Shown piece by piece: positions 26,850 to 34,903 of a stretch of DNA of 64,000 nt (the first letter of the stretch is position 1; each line of letters starts with the position of its first letter). The notes beneath the pieces are model-generated. The model saw nothing but the letters and a program-made list of their open reading frames with translations, had not been told where the DNA came from and made no database searches. The position numbers and the translations under genes are program-made. Location of the stretch: positions 53,942 through 117,941 of the forward strand of contig JAFEAY010000010.1 in the NCBI GenBank assembly GCA_018266175.1, given 5' to 3'. The DNA comes from Candidatus Babelota bacterium. GTDB taxonomy: Bacteria > Babelota > Babeliae > Babelales > RVW-14.

Positions 26850-27157
26850 GCGAAGATATAAGCTTAATTAATTTTTCCCCAGATCAAACCAAGCTCGTGA
26901 TAGCAGCAGAATACAATTCACCAGGTTGTCATGAATACTGGTTTATCGTAATCGATTTGATCACCAATCAATCATCTTGGTTCAAGCAGGAAAAAAGAAT
27001 TAAATACGCAGCATTTGCTGACAATTCAACCATACTTTTTATTCTTCAAGACGGAGCCGTTTCATTTCAAGAATTAACTGCTGAAAACTTGGAAAATAAT
27101 CGTGTAACAAATATAAGAAAATTCAACGTGATAGAAAAAGCAGACGATTGTGATTAA
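26846..27157 (+). CDS. WD40/beta-propeller-like protein, C-terminal part; possibly the frameshifted continuation of 26193..26849
   Basis: INFSPDQTKLVIAAEY repeat-like. Overlaps the previous ORF by 4 nt in another frame, with TTG as the only start. Confidence 0.35.
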   Translation: MSEDISLINFSPDQTKLVIAAEYNSPGCHEYWFIVIDLITNQSSWFKQEKRIKYAAFADNSTILFILQDGAVSFQELTAENLENNRVTNIRKFNVIEKADDCD

Positions 27158-27204
27158 ATCAACTGCTAAGACTATCCATAAGACTGGCAGAAACTATCTT
27201 TAAT

Positions 27205-27669
27205 TTACCTAATCCTTTTATAAACAAAAAATTCAAATTCTGGATAATCGGTGTGCTCAGCGACTTCCCAATCGGACCAATTGACCGCTGGAAAAAATAC
27301 ATCGCCTTCATAATTGTGCTTGATGTAACTCAAGTATAAATAATCGGCGATAGGTAAGAATTGCGCATAGGTGTACGCACCGCCGATAATAAAAATATCT
27401 TTGGTATCCGCTTGTGCAATCCGCAATGCATCATCAACTGAGTGGCACACATCCACATTTTCAATTTTCAGACCAGGTTGACCCAAAACAATATTGTGCC
27501 GGTTAGGCAGAGGCCTGCCAATTGATTCGAAGGTACGGCTTCCCATGATGATTGGGTGCCCTTGCGTTAATTTTCTAAAATTTTTTAGTTCATCGGGAAT
27601 ATTCCAGGGCAACGCATTCCCCTTACCAATCACTCCCTGCTTGGTCATTGCCGCAATAATCTTAATCAT
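27205..27669 (-). CDS. folA: Dihydrofolate reductase
   Basis: MIKIIAAMTKQGVIGKGNALPWNIPDELKNF...IMGSRTFESIG. Confidence 0.9.
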   Translation of the reverse strand: MIKIIAAMTKQGVIGKGNALPWNIPDELKNFRKLTQGHPIIMGSRTFESIGRPLPNRHNIVLGQPGLKIENVDVCHSVDDALRIAQADTKDIFIIGGAYTYAQFLPIADYLYLSYIKHNYEGDVFFPAVNWSDWEVAEHTDYPEFEFFVYKRIR

Positions 27670-28538
27670 ACCGCAATCTCAAATTTAATAGTTGGATGAC
27701 TTACGTAGTTTATGACTTGTGAATTTTGATACGACCAATCAAAAATAGAAGAAAATGGTTCAGTAATAATTTGAGGAAGCGGATAAAGTAATGGATTGCG
27801 TTCAAGCTGCAGGCGTGCACCATCGATATGATTGACATAAATATGCACATCAGCCAAAAAGCCAATCAATTTACCTTCTTTCAAGCCCACTTCTTTTGCA
27901 AGCAGGTGAAGGAGCAAGGCGTAGCTTGCAATATTAAATGGCAAGCCAAGCATGACATCAACGGAGCGCTGGTTCCATAATAAATTGAGATAACCATTGC
28001 TAACCGTTACCTGAAAAGCATAATGGCATGGAGGCAACGCCATCTCAGATAAGTCCATTGGATTCCACGCTGAAACAATCATTCGACGATCAAGCGGATT
28101 AGTTTTGAGCGTCTGCACAAGTGCTTTCAGCTGATCACAACCTTGATTGGTGTAATCGGCATCAAAAGAACTATACTGGGCCCCAAAGTGCCGCCACTGA
28201 AAACCATAGATTGCGCCCAAATCTTGCTCTTCAAGCATCTGTTTTTTAGCCTGTTCGCTGTGGCCATAAGGTGCTTTTTTGGGATACGCCCACTCATCCC
28301 AAATATGATTATTCTGCTCTTGTAACCATCTTTTGTTCGTAATCCCTTTAATAAAAAATTCAAGCTCAGAAGCAACAAGCCTGAAGGGGACTTTTTTGGT
28401 CGTCAAAAGCGGAAAACCATCGGCCATGTCATGTTCAAACATCCGCCCAACCACGGCAATCGCATCGGTTGCCGTTCTGTTTTTTTTGAGTACGCCATGC
28501 TCAAGAATGTGGCGTACAATATCCAAATATGCTTTCAT
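27666..28538 (-). CDS. thyA: Thymidylate synthase (ThyA type)
   Basis: MKAYLDIVRHILEHG...RTATDAIAVVGRMFEHD...FPLLTTKKV. 4-nt overlap with folA. Confidence 0.95.
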   Translation of the reverse strand: MKAYLDIVRHILEHGVLKKNRTATDAIAVVGRMFEHDMADGFPLLTTKKVPFRLVASELEFFIKGITNKRWLQEQNNHIWDEWAYPKKAPYGHSEQAKKQMLEEQDLGAIYGFQWRHFGAQYSSFDADYTNQGCDQLKALVQTLKTNPLDRRMIVSAWNPMDLSEMALPPCHYAFQVTVSNGYLNLLWNQRSVDVMLGLPFNIASYALLLHLLAKEVGLKEGKLIGFLADVHIYVNHIDGARLQLERNPLLYPLPQIITEPFSSIFDWSYQNSQVINYVSHPTIKFEIAV

Positions 28539-28652
28539 GGGTTAATTTCTTTCAAGCAACAAATAAAGATAATTTTTCCCAAATAATATCAAGATTGGCT
28601 CAACAGTACCATAAAAAATAAACATCCCAAAAGTATGGGGTACCAATCCTCA

Positions 28653-28856
28653 TTAATGATGCTTTTTATTTTTAAAATATCGCTTCACCCAGAGCCAACT
28701 CTTCTTCCCCCAACGTACAGCAGGTTTGCACCCCAATAACCCAAGACCTATAACAATCAAAGCAACTCCGGGAATGATGGGAAAAAAGAGCCCGAATATC
28801 CCTGTAATTAGACAAATTAAACCCAAAAGTTTGTATAAAAAACTTTCTAAAATCAT
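28653..28856 (-). CDS. Small two-TM membrane protein (PGPGW-like); start uncertain
   Basis: LGLICLITGIFGLFFPIIPGVALIVIGLGLLG. The first 75 codons of the longer ORF overlap tRNA-Gln and its promoter, so the start was moved to an internal Met. Confidence 0.4.
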   Translation of the reverse strand: MILESFLYKLLGLICLITGIFGLFFPIIPGVALIVIGLGLLGCKPAVRWGKKSWLWVKRYFKNKKHH

Positions 28857-28909
28857 TCCGAAAGAATGAAAAAATGCCACAATAAACCCTCCTGTACGTT
28901 CTTTTGATC

Positions 28910-28937
28910 TTGCAAAAAATATGGTTTTTGCTATAAA
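28910..28937 (+). promoter_or_regulatory. Candidate promoter for tRNA-Gln: TTGCAA, 16-nt spacer, TATAAA
   Basis: Located 26 nt upstream of the tRNA 5' end. Confidence 0.4.
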
Positions 28938-28963
28938 TAACGGTATCAAATTAATGCATGTAA

Positions 28964-29037
28964 TGGGAAGTCGTCTAGCGGCAGGACCCTGGATTCTGGA
29001 TCCAGTTACATAGGTTCGAATCCTATCTTCCCAGCCA
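28964..29037 (+). tRNA. tRNA-Gln (anticodon CUG), U1-A72 pair, G73 discriminator, CCA encoded
   Basis: TGGGAAG acceptor paired with CTTCCCA. Anticodon arm CTGGA-TTCTGGA-TCCAG. T-arm TAGGTTCGAATCCTA. Confidence 0.8.
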
Positions 29038-29112
29038 TCCGCCGTCGCCCTTTGGGCTATGGCGCGATGTCTCGTCATAGCTTGCCAAGCCGGAAGGCGT
29101 GGATAAGCGTAG
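29035..29112. repeat. Element immediately 3' of tRNA-Gln, homologous to the element 3' of tRNA-Gly; contains a 10-bp hairpin
   Basis: Hairpin GGCTATGGCG-CGATGTCT-CGTCATAGCT. See 17816..17951. Confidence 0.6.
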
Positions 29113-29134
29113 ACGGACAGCTTTCGCTTCCAAT

Positions 29135-29587
29135 TTATTTTTTTCTTTTTATACGCTGAATCATTTCTTCAAATACTTGTAAAAAACGAGATCGATCTTT
29201 TGGGGAAAAAGTAGCGTTATAACTCGGACCTTCACCCGTTTCACGCAAATGAGCACGTAACTCGCGTATCGCTTTTGCTACACCAATATTATCATCATTA
29301 AAAACTCTGCCTGTTGAACTTATTGCACTTGCTCCATTTTTCAGGCAGCGCTCAGCAAGCAATATGTCTATGGTGATTACAATATCCCCCGCTCCAGCAT
29401 GTTCCACAATCCAATCATCTGCAGCATCGGCGTCAGAGCCAACCACTATTTTATGAACGTTTATATCAACCGGCATATTCAAGCGACTGTTGCTTACCAA
29501 GTAGACCTGTATGTTGTGGCGCGTGGCCACTCGAAAAATTTCTTCTTTTACCGGACACGCATCGGCATCTACGTATATGTCTAACAT
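29135..29587 (-). CDS. yaiI: YaiI/YqgE-type UPF0178 (DUF188) protein
   Basis: MLDIYVDADACPVKEEI...GDIVITIDILLAERCLKNGA. Confidence 0.8.
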   Translation of the reverse strand: MLDIYVDADACPVKEEIFRVATRHNIQVYLVSNSRLNMPVDINVHKIVVGSDADAADDWIVEHAGAGDIVITIDILLAERCLKNGASAISSTGRVFNDDNIGVAKAIRELRAHLRETGEGPSYNATFSPKDRSRFLQVFEEMIQRIKRKK

Positions 29588-29634
29588 TCCCAACCTGATT
29601 AATTTCTTTTGTTGCGTTAAAAATTCTATTTCAT
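29582..29634. repeat. 53-bp perfect direct repeat, copy 1 (yaiI 5' region)
   Basis: taacattcccaacctgattaatttcttttgttgcgttaaaaattctatttcat; identical to 30378..30430. Confidence 0.9.
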
Positions 29635-29656
29635 ATTTTAAATCAAGTCTTGCTTA

Positions 29657-30055
29657 TCAAGAAGGAATACGAACGAGCTTCATCAAAATATTTAAAACCT
29701 TTCCCGCTGCAGTTATCGCATCAAGAGCCTCGCTTTGATCGATAGAAAATTGATCATCAGGATAACGAGTACGCATCTCGTAAGGACTTAGATAATCGAT
29801 ATATTTTTCAAGTACCATTAAATGCTGATCATACTTTTTGCACTCTTCTAAGAGTCCTTCTAAGTCATGAGTTTTTGGAATTTTTTGATGTTGATACACC
29901 AAAAACGCTTTTAATGCTTTCTCTGCACACTGATGAGCATGATAAGCTACTATACCCAATATTTCATTATCATTCTCTTCATCACCGGCAACTAGCTTCT
30001 GCGCTGCCCTTAAATCACCTCGTGCTTTTATAATCCAATCTCTATGCCCTGGCAT
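29657..30055 (-). CDS. hepT: HEPN-domain protein (toxin component of an MNT-HEPN module)
   Basis: IVAYHAHQCAEKALKAFLV HEPN signature. Overlaps the upstream NTase gene by 14 nt. Confidence 0.8.
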   Translation of the reverse strand: MPGHRDWIIKARGDLRAAQKLVAGDEENDNEILGIVAYHAHQCAEKALKAFLVYQHQKIPKTHDLEGLLEECKKYDQHLMVLEKYIDYLSPYEMRTRYPDDQFSIDQSEALDAITAAGKVLNILMKLVRIPS

Positions 30056-30383
30056 ATAAGCACTTTCCTTCTTTGTTTACATAATAGGGAAGCGTTGCAA
30101 TCTCATTAATGCGTTCTGCAAATTCATCTTTGGTATATACTGCTAAGTCTTTGTATATCCCCAAACCTCGTAACGCTGCATAACCAGCTCTTACTCTTGC
30201 ATGACTTCTCTCTTCGGAGCTCTCAACGACTACAAGAAGATCAAGGTCACTATCTTCGCGTTGATCTCCACGGGCATAAGAACCAAAAAGATATATCTCT
30301 AGCGGATCATAGGTACGTACTAAACGCCTTACTACTTCTTCAATAATTTCCGGTGTAATCATACTATCCTCACAGCGTAACAT
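30042..30383 (-). CDS. mntA: Minimal nucleotidyltransferase (MNT), antitoxin/AMPylase partner of the HEPN protein
   Basis: LFGSYARGDQREDSDLDLLVVV nucleotidyltransferase motif (GS-x9-13-DxD). Confidence 0.8.
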   Translation of the reverse strand: MLRCEDSMITPEIIEEVVRRLVRTYDPLEIYLFGSYARGDQREDSDLDLLVVVESSEERSHARVRAGYAALRGLGIYKDLAVYTKDEFAERINEIATLPYYVNKEGKCLYARA

Positions 30384-30430
30384 TCCCAACCTGATTAATT
30401 TCTTTTGTTGCGTTAAAAATTCTATTTCAT
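30378..30430. repeat. 53-bp perfect direct repeat, copy 2 (mntA 5' region)
   Basis: Identical to 29582..29634, including the first codons (TTG-GGA-ATG-TTA). Confidence 0.9.
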
Positions 30431-30498
30431 GCGCATCAATACTGTATAATGAAAGTGTATCGTTTTACATAAATTTTTGAATAAAATTAGATTTTCTT

Positions 30499-31035
30499 AT
30501 GTGCTCACAAAACAACACGCTCTTAAGCAACATTCATCCCGACCTACTTGCAGCCCAAGCACTTGTATATGAACCAAGCGGGCTGACTTGTACATTAATA
30601 GACCAAGAAATAGAAAGTAAAGAGTATGGCGCGTGTAATCTGAAAATAAATAACTCCAGCGTTAAATTTCGCGTAGGCAAAATTACACCAACAAAGATTG
30701 GTCAATTTGTTACGTTATGGAAGCGAATTGGTAATGGACCAATTCAACCTTACGACATAGCAGACCCTGTTGATTTATTTGTTGTTAGTGTTCGCAATAC
30801 TGACCACTTCGGTCAATTTGTTTTTCCAAAAATCGTGTTGTACCAAAAAGGCGTTATATCAAAAGATTGCATAGGCGGAAAGCGAGCAATGCGAGTCTAT
30901 CCACCGTGGGATAAAGTTGATAATCAACAGGCAGAAAAAACTCAGCATTGGCAACTTTTCTACTTTTTTGAAATTCATCCAGGCGAGGTTGATACTGCTC
31001 GTATCCAGAAATTATACCCTATAAAATCGTTATAA
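30499..31035 (+). CDS. MepB-like family protein (DUF1093), function unknown
   Basis: GQFVTLWKR, GKRAMRVYPPWD and TQHWQLFYFF resemble MepB-family conserved blocks. This is from memory and was not searched. Confidence 0.45.
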   Translation: MCSQNNTLLSNIHPDLLAAQALVYEPSGLTCTLIDQEIESKEYGACNLKINNSSVKFRVGKITPTKIGQFVTLWKRIGNGPIQPYDIADPVDLFVVSVRNTDHFGQFVFPKIVLYQKGVISKDCIGGKRAMRVYPPWDKVDNQQAEKTQHWQLFYFFEIHPGEVDTARIQKLYPIKSL

Positions 31036-31069
31036 AATCTGCAATTCTTAAACAAACTCACGTCAACAC

Positions 31070-31867
31070 TTATTGGGTAGTTGTAACATCAATTCCAATA
31101 CCTTGTGCATACTCAATTTGTTCTGTTATTAATTCAAGCAAACTTCGATTATCGACCGGGGTCGCATTTACAGAATGATCATGAGCATTCAACTGAATGG
31201 TTGGCAATTCAAACCCAATATTTATTGCATGCTCAATTTGCTGCTCTAGTTCGTTTTGCAATCTGGTATTAAGCAAATATTCTCCGCGAAGAATCGTCCA
31301 TGGTTGACCGCTCTTAGATTGCCCTTGAACAGATAAACTTTCTTGATTTAAACTTGATGAAACTTGTGTTGATTCTGCAGAATTTTGCTGAGTATTATTA
31401 AGATTTTCATGGTGTGATAATGCTGCACCACCAGATTTTTTTACATTGCCCTGAGTTTCTTGAGAAGGAAAAAAGCCATTCCATTTGAGCATATTACCAA
31501 GCTGGTATACCAAATAAAACAAACCTATCGCCACACCCGCTGCAAGGGCAATTTGCCCTACAAAAAGATAATTACTCCACCGGGCTTCAGCATTTTTTTG
31601 CCTATAAAATTCTTCTGATTCTTTACTGCCCATCATAATATTTATGATATCGCTCCGTGAATATCGTTCATTCAAAAGGTCATAAATTTTAACACCAAGC
31701 TCATGAACTTTCTCAGGATCTTCATGACTGCAATTCAGGCTTGCGATAATTTCAGCAACTACATGTGTATATTCATCAACGCTCTGTGCAGACAGGGTTG
31801 AATTATCAGCCGTAACAATAAAATACGTCAAAGAAAGAAGGAGATATTTTTTAAGATATACTTTCAT
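31070..31867 (-). CDS. Secreted/membrane hypothetical protein
   Basis: Signal peptide MKVYLKKYLLLSLTYFIVTA. One TM helix (IALAAGVAIGLFYLVYQL). Start chosen to avoid overlap with the upstream gene. Confidence 0.45.
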   Translation of the reverse strand: MKVYLKKYLLLSLTYFIVTADNSTLSAQSVDEYTHVVAEIIASLNCSHEDPEKVHELGVKIYDLLNERYSRSDIINIMMGSKESEEFYRQKNAEARWSNYLFVGQIALAAGVAIGLFYLVYQLGNMLKWNGFFPSQETQGNVKKSGGAALSHHENLNNTQQNSAESTQVSSSLNQESLSVQGQSKSGQPWTILRGEYLLNTRLQNELEQQIEHAINIGFELPTIQLNAHDHSVNATPVDNRSLLELITEQIEYAQGIGIDVTTTQ

Positions 31868-31878
31868 TTTATTACCCT

Positions 31879-33501
31879 TCATGCAGCTATGCGAGCCAAA
31901 TCTCTGGCCCACTGAACTCGTACTTTTTCCCACAGCTCTGCCTGCTGTAAACTTTTCATTGCTTGATCAAGTGCAGTTTGCGCAATTTCACCCGTAAGCT
32001 GCTTAGGCTCCTGTCGGCGAGCTTGCACAACCATTTCTTGCGCAATAAATTTAATCGCTCGTGGGCAAACACCTTCAAGAAGGTCCGCATAGATTGAAAG
32101 ATTTTCTAAGACATCTTGATGCAGGTCAACAACTGCTTCACTATTTTCTTGTGCAAATTTTTCAAGGTATGATGCAAGAATTTTTTCTCGCTCCGCCTTT
32201 TCTGGCAACGTAAACTCAATATTCATACCAATGCGATCTATAATTGCATCATCAAGTTTAAAGGGATGATTGGTTGCAAAAATAAACATTAAGTTTTTTT
32301 GTGATTTTTCCGGAACGAGTGCCAGAAATGTATTAATAAAATCTTGAATGCCTTGGGATGTTGTAGGAAGCTTTCGATTTGCAAACAATGATTCAGCTTC
32401 ATCAATAAAGACGATCAACCCTTTTTCTGAATTTTTTGCCCAATCTAAAAGCTTGCGGAATTCACTATTTGCAAGATTTAGATCGGTAATTTTTGCAAAT
32501 TCTGAACCAGAGGTTAATGCATAGTCAATATCTAAATAATAGGCCAGCTCCTTGGCAAATGCAGTTTTTCCCGTTCCTGAAGCACCAAAAAAAAGAACAT
32601 TGGGGAGATTTTCGTTATACATTTTTGCAAATTGTACGCGCAGTACAAGATCAAAAAGTTGCTTATGCAATTCTGGAGTAAAAATTAAATCCTTAAGACA
32701 ACTCACGCGCGGGGGCTTACTCCATCCAAACCAACCCTTTTTTGAGGTTTCACTGATGACCTTTGGTTGTGTAAAATAATTCATTACCAGAGGAATACCA
32801 TACTGAGCAGCATAGACACCTAAAGCAATTGCTGTTACGGCAATAACAATTTTTATTATACGCTTTGGACTATCTATCATCTTTTGAATTGTATTCCATT
32901 TTATTTTTTCAACATCTGTAGCAGCTTGAGCCTTAATCTTTTCTTCTTGCTCAAAAATACCCAACCGCTGTTTTTCATGAATCTCTGCTCTTTGAAGTTG
33001 AATTCTGGTTTCACGATCAAACTCATTATGAATCCGTGCATCGTTTGCCCGTACAGCTTCATTTCGTATAACCTCTTGAGCTAAAGCATCTTTTAGACGA
33101 TTAAATTCAGTTTCCAAAGTTGCCGTCGCAGTCTGTGCATACTGTCTCATTTGTGCATGCAACTCTCGAGATTCCTCAATTTGAGTTGCTACTTGATTTG
33201 CTTGCGCCAATGCCTGAGTTGATACCTGAAACGCTTCAATTGATTTATCATTTGAGTGATGAGCAAGTGCAATAGACTGATTTAATCTTACAATGCCATT
33301 ATTAACAACCTCACGAAGGTAATTTGCTCGTTGCGTTACAGCTTCCACTTGCTGGAGAGCTTCGCCTACAGTTGTTGCTTGTCCTCGAACTTGAGACCTC
33401 TGAGGCTGCATTGATATAAGAGGTAATACATTAAAAAGATTGATGATCAAAAATAGATAAAATTGGTTTTTTTTCATCATGAACATCACTCCCCCCCACA
33501 A
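31879..33501 (-). CDS. ATAD3-like membrane-anchored AAA+ ATPase (coiled coil, TM helix, AAA domain)
   Basis: Blocks NVLFFGASGTGKTAFAKELAYYLDIDYALTSGSEFA, GLIVFIDEAESLF and NLMFIFATNHPFKLDDAIIDRIGMNIEFTLPEKAEREKIL align well with eukaryotic ATAD3 ([20 protein letters not shown]..., GLLLFVDEADAF, NQPEQFDWAINDRI...FDLPGQEERERL). N-terminal coiled coil plus TM as in ATAD3. Confidence 0.8.
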   Translation of the reverse strand: MWGGVMFMMKKNQFYLFLIINLFNVLPLISMQPQRSQVRGQATTVGEALQQVEAVTQRANYLREVVNNGIVRLNQSIALAHHSNDKSIEAFQVSTQALAQANQVATQIEESRELHAQMRQYAQTATATLETEFNRLKDALAQEVIRNEAVRANDARIHNEFDRETRIQLQRAEIHEKQRLGIFEQEEKIKAQAATDVEKIKWNTIQKMIDSPKRIIKIVIAVTAIALGVYAAQYGIPLVMNYFTQPKVISETSKKGWFGWSKPPRVSCLKDLIFTPELHKQLFDLVLRVQFAKMYNENLPNVLFFGASGTGKTAFAKELAYYLDIDYALTSGSEFAKITDLNLANSEFRKLLDWAKNSEKGLIVFIDEAESLFANRKLPTTSQGIQDFINTFLALVPEKSQKNLMFIFATNHPFKLDDAIIDRIGMNIEFTLPEKAEREKILASYLEKFAQENSEAVVDLHQDVLENLSIYADLLEGVCPRAIKFIAQEMVVQARRQEPKQLTGEIAQTALDQAMKSLQQAELWEKVRVQWARDLARIAA

Positions 33502-33700
33502 CTATAAAAACAAAATAGAAATTCATTATGATTATTATATTTAAAAAAATAAACTTATTGCAATTAATTAGATATCGTATTCAATAAAACTTTATATAAA
33601 AAAAGGCAACCTCTAGTTTTTTTCAGATTTATTCATTACTTTTGTTCCTAGAGATAGAAAAACAGCCAAAATATAACTATGTTAAAGGAGCTCTAGAGCC

Positions 33701-33904
33701 ATGGCTTATACCGTTAAATCCAAAAAAAGTGGAAAAATGTACTCTTTACATTCAAAAGAAGTAAAGCTTGCTGGCGATCGTAAACAAAGAATTTATTACT
33801 TTGCAGGCGAAGCTGGACCAGATGCACTTGATACATTGCCTGCTGGATATGAAGTTATAGAAAATGCGCGCACAGGCTTGCCTATGTTGCGTAAAAAGAA
33901 ATAA
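33701..33904 (+). CDS. Small hypothetical protein (67 aa)
   Basis: AAAGGAG ribosome-binding site 11 nt upstream of the ATG. No recognisable family. Confidence 0.4.
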   Translation: MAYTVKSKKSGKMYSLHSKEVKLAGDRKQRIYYFAGEAGPDALDTLPAGYEVIENARTGLPMLRKKK

Positions 33905-34103
33905 CAGTTCCACATTGCGATAAGCAAAATTAAATAAGGGCTCGGTACATTGTTACCGGGCCTTTATTATTTTATAGAAACATACTCACTCAACAGGTTT
34001 TTTTCCACGCTATTTCATAAACTCACCCCTCTATTTTCTTGAACTCACCTCAGTACAACCTCTCCTTATTGCTCAAAATTCCCAATTTTGTCGATATTGA
34101 TTA

Positions 34104-34119
34104 TTTTTGTCGACAAAAA
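34104..34119. promoter_or_regulatory. Candidate GntR-family operator: perfect 16-bp palindrome TTTTTGTCGACAAAAA with two flanking TTGTCG half-sites spaced about 20 bp apart
   Basis: Lies 56 to 71 bp upstream of the GntR gene start. Fits the GT-Nx-AC core of GntR/FadR operators. Confidence 0.5.
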
Positions 34120-34174
34120 TATAATTTGTCGCTAATATGGGTTTAGAATAAGAATTTTAAAGAAAGGGCTTTCT

Positions 34175-34879
34175 ATGAACACTGCATGTATAAAAAAGAC
34201 ACTTATAACGACAGAAAAAGACAATACGCTGGCTTTACAGTGCTATGAGCAGCTCCAAGAAGATATCATCAATGGTACCTTTGCTCCGGGGCAAAAGCTC
34301 AAGATAGAACTCCTCAAGCAGCGACTTGATGTTGGCCAAAGCCCCATTCGAGAAGCATTGTCTCGCTTGGTTGCTTCAGGCCTAGTCGAGACACAAGACA
34401 ATAAAGGTTTTCGGGTTGCTCAAGTTTCTGAAGCAAATATTCGTGATATCTATCGCACCTTCTTCCAGATTGAGCTTTTAGCACTTAACCAAGCAATGGA
34501 ACTGGGCGATGATGCATGGGAGGCATCAGTTGCCGCGGCGCTGCATCACCTGGCACTGGTTGAAACCAGGCAAGAACCGGTATCGTACCAAGTCTGGGCT
34601 CAGCGGAATTATGCCTTTCACGTCGCGCTGATATCGGGTTGCAATTCTCCTCTTTTGCTTCAGATTCGAGCCAATGTCTATCACCGTTTTGATCGGTACT
34701 GCCGCATCGCATTTAACCTTTCTAATACACAACTGCATCTCAATCACGATGAGCATAAAAAACTTGCTGATGCTGTCCTTGAAAGAAATACAAAAAAAGT
34801 ACATGAGCTCTTGGAGTACCACATTTTTGGAGCATTAGAAGATGTTATTGCAACCCTTCAAAAAAATAACTTGTTATAA
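34175..34879 (+). CDS. GntR-family transcriptional regulator (FadR/FCD subfamily)
   Basis: N-terminal wHTH ...LDVGQSPIREALSRLVASGLVETQDNKGFRV. All-alpha C-terminal FCD-like domain. Confidence 0.85.
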   Translation: MNTACIKKTLITTEKDNTLALQCYEQLQEDIINGTFAPGQKLKIELLKQRLDVGQSPIREALSRLVASGLVETQDNKGFRVAQVSEANIRDIYRTFFQIELLALNQAMELGDDAWEASVAAALHHLALVETRQEPVSYQVWAQRNYAFHVALISGCNSPLLLQIRANVYHRFDRYCRIAFNLSNTQLHLNHDEHKKLADAVLERNTKKVHELLEYHIFGALEDVIATLQKNNLL

Positions 34880-34903
34880 AAATAATTCTTACAAAGGATA
34901 ATC

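Noticed and set aside
28857-29078. N-terminal 75 codons of ORF 28653..29078
   Set aside because: They overlap tRNA-Gln and its promoter on the opposite strand. The gene was shortened to an internal Met.
29035-29112. Possibility that the tRNA-adjacent element is SRP (4.5S) RNA because of a CCGGAAGG segment
   Set aside because: The order and pairing of the conserved domain IV motifs do not match.
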